Shown here piece by piece: positions 46,111 through 55,273 of a stretch of DNA of 64,000 nt. Origin of the DNA: Myxococcota bacterium (GTDB lineage: Bacteria > Myxococcota_A > UBA9160 > UBA6930); the NCBI GenBank assembly GCA_965223705.1, contig OZ245015.1:320001-384000 (forward strand), in the 5' to 3' direction. The position numbers and the translations under genes were made by a program. Positions within the stretch are counted from its first letter, which is position 1. Every line of letters begins with the position of its first letter. Below the pieces are notes generated by a model. It was not told where the DNA came from. It was given only the letters and a program-made list of their open reading frames with translations, and ran no database searches.

Positions 46111-47864
46111 GGGGCGTCCTCGTCGGCGGATTCGGGCTTCAGGGGCAACGCGAACGCGAACAAAGCGTCGCCCAGCCGAAAGCCCAATCCTTCGTGGCCT
46201 CCCGCTGCAACGACGACGTACTGCCGGCCTTCGTGTTCGACGCTGATGGCCGGGGCGTTTACGCCGGCACCGCACTGAAAGCTCCACAGCTCTTTCCCCG
46301 AATCCGCTTCGTACGCGACGAACCGGCCGGATCCCTCGCCGCTAAAGACGAGATCGCCCGCGGTAGCCAGGACGCCGCCTACGAGCGGTTGCTGCGTCTC
46401 CACCTGCCAGCGAATTTCGCCGGTCGTCGTATCGATGGCGCTCAGTCGACCCGACTCCTCTTCGCGTAGCGGACGCACGCGCGTAACCTCTCCCTGCCCG
46501 GGCGCTAGGCCGGGTACACGCTGGTAGTGCATCGGCATGTGAAGCGCGGGGACAAAAGCCAGCCCGCTGCGAGGATCCAGCGCGATCGGAGACCACGACG
46601 TTCCCCCCGCAGCCCCGGGCGTGATCCGTACGCCTTCGGTCGTGGGCGCCGCAAAGAGATTCTCCTGAGGGACGAAGGCTTTCGAACGCAGGAGCAATTC
46701 GCCGCTCAGGCGGTCGAGCACATAAAGCCAACCGGTTTTCGAGGCCTGGGCGAGCGCGTTCCGCACCTCGCCTTCCGGCGAGATCCAATCGAACAACACC
46801 GGAGGACTTGCGACGTCGTAGCCCCAGACGTCGTGCGGTACTTGTTGGAAGGCCCAGCGAAGTTCGCCGGTCTCGGCGTCGAGCGCGACGACGGATGCCG
46901 TGTGCAAGTTGTCGCCCGGGCGGGCATCGGCGTCGAGCGGCGGTGCCGGGTTTCCCGTGCCCAGATAGAGCAGCCCAGCGCGCGGGTCGACGCTCGGCGT
47001 CGTCCAGATGGATCCGCCGCCGACCGTCCAGGCATCTCGGTACGCGGCGAGTGCCGCTCGTTCCGCATCGATGTCGCGAGGGAGTGCGTTCCCGTCGGTG
47101 GTTTCGGTCGCGAAGTCGCCTTCCCAGCCGGTCTCGGGAACGCTGTGCCAGCGCCACAGCGGACGGCCGTCGCGTGCGTTGAAGGCCGCCAAGTAACCGC
47201 GTCCGCCGGGTTGGGGAAGTCCGAAGCCGGCGCCGGTCACGCCGACGTAGACGCGGCCGCGGTACACCAGAGGCGCCATGTTCGCACCGAGCCCCGCTCC
47301 TTCCGGCACGTATCCCGTTTCCAACGGGTCTGTCGGGGTCGCGTCGGCGGACACCGGCGGCGGTGGGGCCAAGTCAGCGGTCCACAAAACGCGTCCGTCA
47401 CGGACGTGTAGAGCGACGAGCTGCGCGTCCGGCGTCGCGACGAACACTTTGTCGTAAGCGAGCGCGACGCCGCGGTTCGCGAGACCGCAACACAGCTTTT
47501 CGCGCGAAAGAACGTGCTCGTAGCGCCAGCGCACGCGACCTGTCACCAGGTCGAGGGCGACGACCCCGGCCCCTGGCGTCGAAAGGAAAAGCACTCCGTC
47601 GTCCGCGAGGGGAGTGGTGCGGAAGCTGCCTGCGATACCGCTTTGGAAGATCCACGTCGGAGCGAGACGCGCCACGTTGTGCCGGTTGATCTCCGAGAGG
47701 GGCGAGAAACGCTGCTGGCCGTAGTCCCGGCCGTGATGCAACCAGGGCGCCACCTCGCGGTCCGCGCCGCGCAGCCGCTCGTCGTCAATGGTCGCCGCAG
47801 AGGCGCTTCCGCCACACGCAAGTAGGACGCTAACCACCCCGCAGAGGACCACTTTTCTCGTCAT
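46107..47864 (-). CDS. PQQ-dependent dehydrogenase homologue (methanol/ethanol family fold), divergent active site
   Basis: RFSPL..IN..NV..L...W, CCGLANRG, GTGNPAP, RPGDNL, HDVWGYD, GGTSWSP, VNAP. Confidence 0.88.
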   Translation of the reverse strand: MTRKVVLCGVVSVLLACGGSASAATIDDERLRGADREVAPWLHHGRDYGQQRFSPLSEINRHNVARLAPTWIFQSGIAGSFRTTPLADDGVLFLSTPGAGVVALDLVTGRVRWRYEHVLSREKLCCGLANRGVALAYDKVFVATPDAQLVALHVRDGRVLWTADLAPPPPVSADATPTDPLETGYVPEGAGLGANMAPLVYRGRVYVGVTGAGFGLPQPGGRGYLAAFNARDGRPLWRWHSVPETGWEGDFATETTDGNALPRDIDAERAALAAYRDAWTVGGGSIWTTPSVDPRAGLLYLGTGNPAPPLDADARPGDNLHTASVVALDAETGELRWAFQQVPHDVWGYDVASPPVLFDWISPEGEVRNALAQASKTGWLYVLDRLSGELLLRSKAFVPQENLFAAPTTEGVRITPGAAGGTSWSPIALDPRSGLAFVPALHMPMHYQRVPGLAPGQGEVTRVRPLREEESGRLSAIDTTTGEIRWQVETQQPLVGGVLATAGDLVFSGEGSGRFVAYEADSGKELWSFQCGAGVNAPAISVEHEGRQYVVVAAGGHEGLGFRLGDALFAFALPLKPESADEDAP

Positions 47865-47967
47865 AGCCCCGGAGGGTACCCGCTTTCGCGGCATCTGCAG
47901 GGACGTGCGCGTCCTCACACACCCGACGGAACCCCCATCCGAAACCGGTGTCTATGATTCGACAAAC

Positions 47968-48029
47968 GTGGGAAAAATTCCCACAAATCGGGTAGGTTCT
48001 CTGGAAGGGCGAGTGGGAAAATTTCCCGC
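47968..48029. promoter_or_regulatory. Twin 7-3-7 palindromic operators
   Basis: GTGGGAA-AAA-TTCCCAC (47968-47984) and GTGGGAA-AAT-TTCCCGC (48013-48029). Confidence 0.75.
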
Positions 48030-48091
48030 GAGCCGGGGTATCTGAATCAGTCGCCGCGCCTCTCGCTATGGGCCGGCAAGGAGTTTCAACG

Positions 48092-48601
48092 ATGAAGAAA
48101 ATGACCTCACGATGGATTGCGGCCGGTCTCGCCCTCCTGTTCGCGGTAGTCGCGGCCCCGTCCATGGCTCAGGAGCTCGCCGACAAGGCGCCGATCGAGA
48201 CCGCTGTCGACGCCGTTCCGCCCGGCGTTCCGGAGATCTCCCGCGATCCCGTCGACCTCGCTCCCGATCTGCGACCGATCGACGAAGACGTCGCGAACAC
48301 GGCGCTCGTATTTACGAACTGGAGCGGTCGTGATCGCGCGATCCTCTGCGTCGCGTTCAACGGGAACGGCGAGCCCATCGGTCGACGAGCGATCAAGGTC
48401 CCGTCGAATGGCACGAAATACATGCTGGCTTCCGACCTCGCTGGAAACCGCGATTTCGTCGGCAACGCCCAGTGCACGGGCGACCGCCGAATTCACGGAA
48501 CGGCGGTCTTCCTAGGCGCGGGCTTCAGCGATCTGCCGGTGGCGAACGTCGAGCATCGCGGCGACGGTCGCATCCGTTTCCCGCTGATCGCGTCGTACTG
48601 A
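48092..48601 (+). CDS. Secreted hypothetical protein
   Basis: AAGGAG RBS; signal peptide ending SMA; beta-rich domain with two Cys. Confidence 0.7.
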   Translation: MKKMTSRWIAAGLALLFAVVAAPSMAQELADKAPIETAVDAVPPGVPEISRDPVDLAPDLRPIDEDVANTALVFTNWSGRDRAILCVAFNGNGEPIGRRAIKVPSNGTKYMLASDLAGNRDFVGNAQCTGDRRIHGTAVFLGAGFSDLPVANVEHRGDGRIRFPLIASY

Positions 48602-48624
48602 GTCACTCTTTCCATCTGGCGCTC

Positions 48625-48653
48625 GGGACCGGGGCATCGCCCCGGTCCCCTTT
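48625..48653 (+). terminator. Intrinsic terminator-like hairpin
   Basis: GGGACCGGGGC-ATC-GCCCCGGTCCC followed by CTTT. Confidence 0.7.
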
Positions 48654-48692
48654 GCGTTGCGCCACAATGATGCGGGTACCGCGAGGAGGACC

Positions 48693-49508
48693 GTGAGCGA
48701 AGGCGCAACCGACAACGCGCTGGCGAAGGCCGTGTGGCACCTCTTGCGTCCGCTGGTCAGACTCCTCGTGCGGGGCGGCATGACGTACCCGCGGCTCACG
48801 CCCATGTTGAAATCGCTCTATCTCGATGCGGCCGAAGCCGAGCTGGGCCGCGACGCGTCGGGCAGCCGGGTTCACTTGGCAACCGGCCTCCACCGCAAGG
48901 ACATCCGACGGATGCGGGCTGAAAGCGGAGAGCATCCGCCGCCGCGCCCGCTGGCTCTGGGCGCTCGTCTGGTCGCGGAATGGATCGCCCGTCCCGAGAC
49001 CACCGACGGCGAGGGAAAGCCGCTGCCGCTGCCCCTCCGCGCCGACGCGGGCCCGAGCCTCGAAGCTCTGATCACCCAGGTAAGCACCGACGTTCGTCCG
49101 CGCTCCGTCCTCGAGGAGTGGCAGCGTCTCGGGGTCATCGAGATCGACGACGAAGGTCGTGCCGCGCTGCGAGAAAGCGCTTTCGTTCCGACGCAGGGCG
49201 ACGACGAAAAAGCCCACTACTTCGGTCGCAACCTTCACGACCACATCGCTGCGGGTGCGAGGAACCTCCGCGGAGAAGAGCCTCCGCTCCTCGAGCGAAG
49301 CGTCTACTACAACCAACTCTCCAAACGCTCCGTCGAGGAATTGTCCGCACTTTCGAAGGAGCTGGGCCAAGAAGCGCTCGAGCGAATCAACCGGCGCGCT
49401 CGCGAGCTACAGCGTCGCGACATCGATCGTGGCGACACCGATCGGCGCATGCATTTCGGCGTGTACTTCTACGAGACGAACGACGCGGGGGGCCTGGACG
49501 ATGACTAG
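48693..49508 (+). CDS. DUF6502 family protein (putative HTH DNA-binding)
   Basis: GAGGAGG RBS; LLRPLVRLL, SRVHLATGLHRKDIRR, DVRPRSVLEEW, NLHDH, LERSVYY, FGVYFY. Confidence 0.8.
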   Translation: MSEGATDNALAKAVWHLLRPLVRLLVRGGMTYPRLTPMLKSLYLDAAEAELGRDASGSRVHLATGLHRKDIRRMRAESGEHPPPRPLALGARLVAEWIARPETTDGEGKPLPLPLRADAGPSLEALITQVSTDVRPRSVLEEWQRLGVIEIDDEGRAALRESAFVPTQGDDEKAHYFGRNLHDHIAAGARNLRGEEPPLLERSVYYNQLSKRSVEELSALSKELGQEALERINRRARELQRRDIDRGDTDRRMHFGVYFYETNDAGGLDDD

Positions 49509-50655
49509 CCGTCTTCGACTCCTCGTGAGCGTTCTGGTCGCGTGGGCCCTCGCATCACCTGCGTGGAGCGGTGTATGTGACGATGCCCCGAGTCTCGTGA
49601 CGGCCGCGGTCATCGGAGACTCCCGTGTCGGCGGAACGGGCCTCGGCGGCGACGACTCCGGGATCGGCGGCACCGGCTACGGCGGAGGAGGCGATGATTC
49701 CGGTGTCGGCGGAACGGGAATCTACGGCACGATTACAGGTTTCGGCAGCATCTGTGTAAACGGCAAGCGAGTGCACATCGATCGCGAACCCGGCGCGGTG
49801 TTCGCGCGCAATGGCCGCACGGCGAGTGCCGATGATCTCGCGGTTGGTCGCGTCGTCTGGATCGACGCTCGAGAACGCGACGACGGGGAAGGGTTCGACG
49901 CCCATCGCGTACATGTCCTGAGCGCGCTCATCGGTCGGGTCGAAGCGGTCGCGCCGCGCAGGCGCTGGCTGCGGGTCGACGGAGTGTGGATCGACGTGCC
50001 ACGAGAGGCGCTCGTCGACGGCGCGACGGGGCCGCTCAAGATCCGCCGAGGCGACACGGTCGACGTGTACGGCCTCCCGAGTCACGGTGGACGCATCTCC
50101 GCGTCACGCGTCGACCGCGTAGCACCCTGGACACCGCGCTGGCGTGCGCCCGAGCTCGGCGTTCTGCTCCGCCAATCGCCTGCGGTCACGCGGCTGTCCA
50201 TCGAAGGACTGGTGTCTTCGGTCGGGGGCGGTCGGTTTGCCGTACCGGGGCTCGAGGTGGCGACGAAGCGCGCCGTCGACCTCGAGCGCGGCCAGCGCGT
50301 TTGGCTCGACGGCGCACGCGTCGCTCCGAACCGAATGCAGCTCGACCGAGCCCGTGTGCTGCAGCGGCCTTCTGCAGGAGGGCTGCCGCCTTTGTTGCCG
50401 CCGGTCCTACGACCGCGTCATTTCGAGAAGGGCGCGGACGTCGAGCCGGGCCCGGCTGTTCAACTGGAAGAAGACATCCTCCCGCCGCCGAAGCTCGGGG
50501 GAGACGACACAGATCTTCAGCCGATCACGCCCGAGTTGCCGGATCTCTTGCGGGAGCGCGAGCTGCGCCCCGACGCGGACGTGATGACGCCGCAAACGAC
50601 GCCGTCGCTTCCCGGCCTCGATATCTCGCGACCGGATCCCGTGGCTCCGCGCTAG
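49501..50655 (+). CDS. DUF5666 domain secreted protein
   Basis: Signal peptide; repeated SGIGGTG; GTITGFGSICVNG. Confidence 0.78.
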   Translation: MTSRLRLLVSVLVAWALASPAWSGVCDDAPSLVTAAVIGDSRVGGTGLGGDDSGIGGTGYGGGGDDSGVGGTGIYGTITGFGSICVNGKRVHIDREPGAVFARNGRTASADDLAVGRVVWIDARERDDGEGFDAHRVHVLSALIGRVEAVAPRRRWLRVDGVWIDVPREALVDGATGPLKIRRGDTVDVYGLPSHGGRISASRVDRVAPWTPRWRAPELGVLLRQSPAVTRLSIEGLVSSVGGGRFAVPGLEVATKRAVDLERGQRVWLDGARVAPNRMQLDRARVLQRPSAGGLPPLLPPVLRPRHFEKGADVEPGPAVQLEEDILPPPKLGGDDTDLQPITPELPDLLRERELRPDADVMTPQTTPSLPGLDISRPDPVAPR

Positions 50656-50664
50656 CCTGATCGC

Positions 50665-51162
50665 GTGATTGCAGCGCCTTTCGACGAGCGACGCGACACC
50701 GTTCGACCCGAGTGGATCGATCGCAACGGCCACTTGAACGTCGGCTACTACGTCTTGGCTTTCGACTTTGCGACCGATGCCTTCCTCGCTTGGCTCGGAC
50801 TCACGGACGAACACCGCGCGGCCGAAAGGATCGCGACGTTCGCGCTCGAAGGGCACGTCACGTATCAGCGCGAAGTGAAAGAAGGCGATCCCCTGCGATT
50901 TACCACTCAGCTCCTGGACTTCGACGCGAAGCGCGTCCACTACTTCCACCGCATGTACCACGGCTCCGAGGGATATGTGGCGGCGACGAGCGAGTGTCTG
51001 TCACTGCACGTGAGCCAAGAGACGCGGCGATCCGCGCCGTTTCATCCGTCCGTGCTCGAGCGGATCGAGGGCGTCCTCGACGCGCATCGGGAATTGCCGA
51101 GACCCGATGAAGTCGGGAGGGTGATGGGACTGCGGTCGAAGCCGACGACGACTCCGTCCTAG
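50665..51162 (+). CDS. Thioesterase (hot-dog fold)
   Basis: EWIDRNGHLNVGYY, FDAKRVH. Confidence 0.88.
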   Translation: MIAAPFDERRDTVRPEWIDRNGHLNVGYYVLAFDFATDAFLAWLGLTDEHRAAERIATFALEGHVTYQREVKEGDPLRFTTQLLDFDAKRVHYFHRMYHGSEGYVAATSECLSLHVSQETRRSAPFHPSVLERIEGVLDAHRELPRPDEVGRVMGLRSKPTTTPS

Positions 51163-51170
51163 TTGCCGGC

Positions 51171-52673
51171 CTATCCCTTCGCGCGGAGATTGAAGCGCTG
51201 GATCTTTCCGGTCGCGGTCTTCGGAAGTGCGTCGACGAAGACGACCCATCGCGGGTACTTGTGCGGAGTGAGGCGCGCCTTGACGTGCTCCCGCAGCTCC
51301 GCTTCAAGCGCTTCGCCCGGTACGGCGTCACCGACGAGCACTACGTACGCTTTCGGCTTGACGAGCTCGCGATCGTCCAACGCTCCGACGACGGCCGCTT
51401 CGAGGACTGCGGGGTGTTCGATCAAGGCGCTTTCCACCTCGATGGGAGACACCCACTGACCGCTGACCTTCAAGAGATCGTCTTGGCGGCCCGCGTGCTG
51501 GAAGGTTCCGTCGGCGTGGGCGACGTAGCGATCACCGGTTCGCAACCAACCGGGCTCAAACATCGTGTGCTCGGTCGCGTCGGGTCGGTTGTGATAGCGG
51601 CGCGCGGCGCTCTCGCCGCAAACCAAGAGCTCACCCGACTCGCCGGGGTCGACGTCGCGCATGGCGTCGTCGACGACGCGAACGGAATAGCCGGGGACGG
51701 GAGCGCCGCTCGTCCCGGGACGCACCCGACCTGCGCGGTTTGAGAGAAAGATGTGGAGCATCTCTGTGCTCCCGATGCCGTCGAGAATTTCGATCCCGAA
51801 CCGGTCGCGAAATGCCTCGAAGATCGGTGCCGGAAGCGCTTCGCCTGCCGAGGCGCAAACGCGAACGCGACCGAGTGAGGAAGGCAGAGACGGGCTTGCG
51901 AGCATCGCCGCGTAGAGTGTCGGTACGCCGAAAAAAATGGTCGGTTCGTGGCGCTCGATGAGTTCGAACATCGCTTCGGGGGTCGGTCGATCCGCGTAGA
52001 GGATCGCTTCCGCACCGAGCCACAGTGGAAACGTCAAGGCATTCCCGAGGCCGTAAGCGAAGAAAAGTTTCGCCGCGGAGAGCAGACGGTCCTGCGGGCC
52101 GATCTCGAGGATCTCCCGCGCGTAGTGTTCCGCGGTGAAGGCCAAGTCCGGCGGCCGGTGGACGACGCCTTTCGGTTTTCCCGTCGTCCCCGATGTATAG
52201 AGCCAAAACGCGTCGTCGGTCGTGTCCGTCGGCACGGTCGGGGCGGTATCTCCGGAACGAAAGAGCGCTTCGTCCCCTCGGAACACCTGACAGCCTTCGG
52301 GGAAAAGCTCCGATGTTGCGAGTCCGTCCGGCAAGCCCCGGTCGACAACGGCGGCCCGAACGTTCGCGTCCTGCGCGATGAAGGCGATGTCCTTCGCGGG
52401 AAGAAGCGTCGAAACCGGGATCGGAACGACGCCACCGCGCAGGGCGCCGAGAAAAAACGCCGGGAATTTCACCGTGTCGAGAAGGAGCAGTAGAACGCGA
52501 TCGCCGGGGACGAGGCCCTGTGCCGCGAACGCGCTTTGCACGGATCGGGCGGCGCTTACCAGCTCGTCCGCCGCGACCCACCGAGGTGACCGGTCTTCGC
52601 CGGTTTCGAGATAGACACGCTCCGAGCCGCGCGCCCGGACCCGCTCGAGGATCGAATCCCCCGCATTCATCAT
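51171..52673 (-). CDS. Benzoate-CoA ligase family AMP-dependent ligase
   Basis: WLYTSGTTGKPKG, AKLFFAYGLGN, DGIGSTEMLHIF, PKTATGKIQRF. Confidence 0.92.
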   Translation of the reverse strand: MMNAGDSILERVRARGSERVYLETGEDRSPRWVAADELVSAARSVQSAFAAQGLVPGDRVLLLLLDTVKFPAFFLGALRGGVVPIPVSTLLPAKDIAFIAQDANVRAAVVDRGLPDGLATSELFPEGCQVFRGDEALFRSGDTAPTVPTDTTDDAFWLYTSGTTGKPKGVVHRPPDLAFTAEHYAREILEIGPQDRLLSAAKLFFAYGLGNALTFPLWLGAEAILYADRPTPEAMFELIERHEPTIFFGVPTLYAAMLASPSLPSSLGRVRVCASAGEALPAPIFEAFRDRFGIEILDGIGSTEMLHIFLSNRAGRVRPGTSGAPVPGYSVRVVDDAMRDVDPGESGELLVCGESAARRYHNRPDATEHTMFEPGWLRTGDRYVAHADGTFQHAGRQDDLLKVSGQWVSPIEVESALIEHPAVLEAAVVGALDDRELVKPKAYVVLVGDAVPGEALEAELREHVKARLTPHKYPRWVVFVDALPKTATGKIQRFNLRAKG

Positions 52674-52684
52674 GTGCTCTTCTC

Positions 52685-55273
52685 CTACTCCGCGCGAATG
52701 GCAAACGCGGCCGAAGCACTCCCCAGTTCCGGGGGCTTCGTGGCGATCCGGTCTTCGGGCAGGCCGAACTCAGCGAGCGCGTCCGCAATCACCCGACCTC
52801 GCTCCGTTGCCAGCGCGTTGGCGTCACCCGCTTCGGGTGCGACTTCCTCGGCAGTCGCCGAGCCCACGATATCGATGGCCAGCGCCGGTCGCTCCACCAG
52901 GGCATTCGCGAGTACGCGAACTTGTTCTCGGCCGGCTTCATCGAGCGCGGCGCTTCCCGGAGCGAACGCGACGGTCTCGAGGCCCTCCCCGCCACCCGGA
53001 ACGATGTTGCCCAGCAGAGCGAACGGAGATGCCGCGACTTTCGTGATGAGGTTGACCAGGGCTTTCAAGATGACGCCGCCGAAACTGAACTCGGGATCGT
53101 CGAGGTCTCCGCGCACCGGGAGATCGACGTCGATGGCGCCTTTGCGGTCGCGCAAGAGCGCGAGCGCCAGTTGAACCGGGAGTTTCGTCGCGTCCGGGCT
53201 TTCGATCCTCTCTCCCAACGCGAATTGATCGAGGAAGATTTCGTGCTCGCCGCGGAAGACGCGATCCTGTAGTTCGTAGTCGACGGTCAGGGTGAGCGAA
53301 CCCGCGTCGACGGGGCGGCCCACGAAGCGTCGCGCATAGGTCGAGAACGGGCGCAGGCCGATGCCTTCGAATTTCGCTTGTAGGCTCGTGTCTTCGCGCT
53401 TCTGCAAGTTGCGGAGCGTTCCGTGGATCCGAACTTCCCCCTGCCCGTCGAGCCGGCCGCGCAGATCGAGCTGGGAGCGCGTCGGATCGGTTGAATCGAG
53501 GCCCTTGATGTTGCCGTCGAGCTCCGCGAGTCGCGTTTCAAAGGGCGGATCGACGCCGGTGTCGCGAAAGCGGAGCTTGCCCCCGGCGATGGCGACCGTG
53601 CCGATGGTGACGACCGTCGCCCGATCGGAGGTGGGAGGCGGCGGCGCATCCTTCGACGGACGCTTCGTCAGCTCTTCGGTGTTGAGCGCGCCGCTCGCGT
53701 TGCGGGAGAGCCTGACGTCAGGCTGCGCCAACGTGAGCCGGGCAAGATCGAAACGGCCTCGCCGCGTATCGAAGGCCAGGTCTTTTGCATCGATCCCGCC
53801 GAGCGCGAGCAGGACCCCGCTGTCCCGTGTGCGGACCACCGTGGGACCCAGGTCGACGGAAAGGTCTCCCGATGCGCCTTTTTCGTCGAACTCGATGCGA
53901 CCCTTTGCTGTCACAACGCCCCCTTCGAGCGCCGCAAGGACTGCGCGGTCGACATAGGCCTGGAACTCCGTCGCCGCGAGGTCCCGCACGTCGACTTCGA
54001 GCTCGCCTTTCGCGGGTGCGATTCCAACCGGACCCGAGAGAGCCATGGCGCCTTGTTCCTGGATCCTGGTTTCGACGTCGAGCGCGATCGGCGGGGCGTT
54101 CTCCGCGGGCCAAGCAAAATCGTTCGCGCGGATTCGAATTTCGTGAAGGCGCACCCGGGCCTCCGGCTCATCCGATCGGTCGGACCAATCGAGCTGCCCG
54201 TTGCGAAGCTCGAACACGGGGACGGTGAGCAGCCAGGGCTCTTCAGTTTGGGCAGTAGCGTCGGCGGCTTCGGCCGGTTCGTCGGCCCCGTCGGATTCCG
54301 ACATCGCGAACCCCAGGTCGAGCTCGCCCTGTTCGTCGAGTCCGATCGCGAAGGCCGGTTCCTCGACTTCGACCCGCCCGATCTCGGCGCGTCGGGCGGC
54401 ACTGTCGATCGAGACACCGTCCACGGCGATGCGAGCGATGCGCTGCTTCTCGCCCAGCACCAGCCCCTCGACTGTGAGCCCGGCATCGTCGAGAACGACG
54501 GCCAAGACGTCCCCCACTTGAGCGATTGCGTAATGCCCTTTGAAGGACGCCCGGCCTCCCGCGAGACGAGGCACGGACGGAGGGGCGAGCGCGACGAGTT
54601 CTGGAAGTTGCAACTGGTTGAGCTCGATGTGACCAGACGAGCGAAGCGGATCCGGTGAGAACGAACCCTGCCAGCGGATCGCGGCATCCTTCCAGGCGCC
54701 GGACAGGGAGTAGAGCCCCGAGTCGCTATCGGGTTTCGTCGAAAAATCTTCGAAACGAAAGTCGAGTGGACCGAAGGCGAGCTCGGCGGGCGGCGTCTTC
54801 CCGGCGTCGGTGTACCGGCCGGTGAAGCGCGCGATCTCGAGTCGGCCAACCTCGATGATCCACGGCTCCGATTCCTCTTCCGGCGTCTCGGGAGGTGCGG
54901 CTTCGGATTCGAAGAGGTCCTCGATGCCGAACGTGCCGTCGGGCGCGCGCCGCGCGACGACAGAAGGCTCGGTGATTTCGAGTGCCGCGATACGTATCGT
55001 GCCGCGCAGCATCGCGGTCGGATCGAGGTTGGTCGCGATTTCGCCGAAGGCGATCCATGGATCTCCTTCGGGCGTCGCGACGGCGAGATCGTTCGCGGTG
55101 AGCTGGAAACGCCATGGGTTGAAACGCGCGTTTCCGATCGTCGCCGCGCGACCCGTTTCACGCTCGACAAGATCGGGCAGCTTCGTCTCGATCCAGTAGG
55201 GAACGCCCAAATGCCCAGCGAGCCCATACACCGCGAGGAGGGCAACAACGACAATCGCCAAGCGTTTCGGCAT
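52685..55273 (-). CDS. DUF748 (AsmA-like) protein with OmpA-like C-terminus
   Basis: ATG 55273 with N-terminal TM; FNPW, repeated beta segments, LPVQLALALLRDRKGAIDVDLPVRGDLDDPEF, FAPGSA. Confidence 0.85.
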   Translation of the reverse strand: MPKRLAIVVVALLAVYGLAGHLGVPYWIETKLPDLVERETGRAATIGNARFNPWRFQLTANDLAVATPEGDPWIAFGEIATNLDPTAMLRGTIRIAALEITEPSVVARRAPDGTFGIEDLFESEAAPPETPEEESEPWIIEVGRLEIARFTGRYTDAGKTPPAELAFGPLDFRFEDFSTKPDSDSGLYSLSGAWKDAAIRWQGSFSPDPLRSSGHIELNQLQLPELVALAPPSVPRLAGGRASFKGHYAIAQVGDVLAVVLDDAGLTVEGLVLGEKQRIARIAVDGVSIDSAARRAEIGRVEVEEPAFAIGLDEQGELDLGFAMSESDGADEPAEAADATAQTEEPWLLTVPVFELRNGQLDWSDRSDEPEARVRLHEIRIRANDFAWPAENAPPIALDVETRIQEQGAMALSGPVGIAPAKGELEVDVRDLAATEFQAYVDRAVLAALEGGVVTAKGRIEFDEKGASGDLSVDLGPTVVRTRDSGVLLALGGIDAKDLAFDTRRGRFDLARLTLAQPDVRLSRNASGALNTEELTKRPSKDAPPPPTSDRATVVTIGTVAIAGGKLRFRDTGVDPPFETRLAELDGNIKGLDSTDPTRSQLDLRGRLDGQGEVRIHGTLRNLQKREDTSLQAKFEGIGLRPFSTYARRFVGRPVDAGSLTLTVDYELQDRVFRGEHEIFLDQFALGERIESPDATKLPVQLALALLRDRKGAIDVDLPVRGDLDDPEFSFGGVILKALVNLITKVAASPFALLGNIVPGGGEGLETVAFAPGSAALDEAGREQVRVLANALVERPALAIDIVGSATAEEVAPEAGDANALATERGRVIADALAEFGLPEDRIATKPPELGSASAAFAIRAE

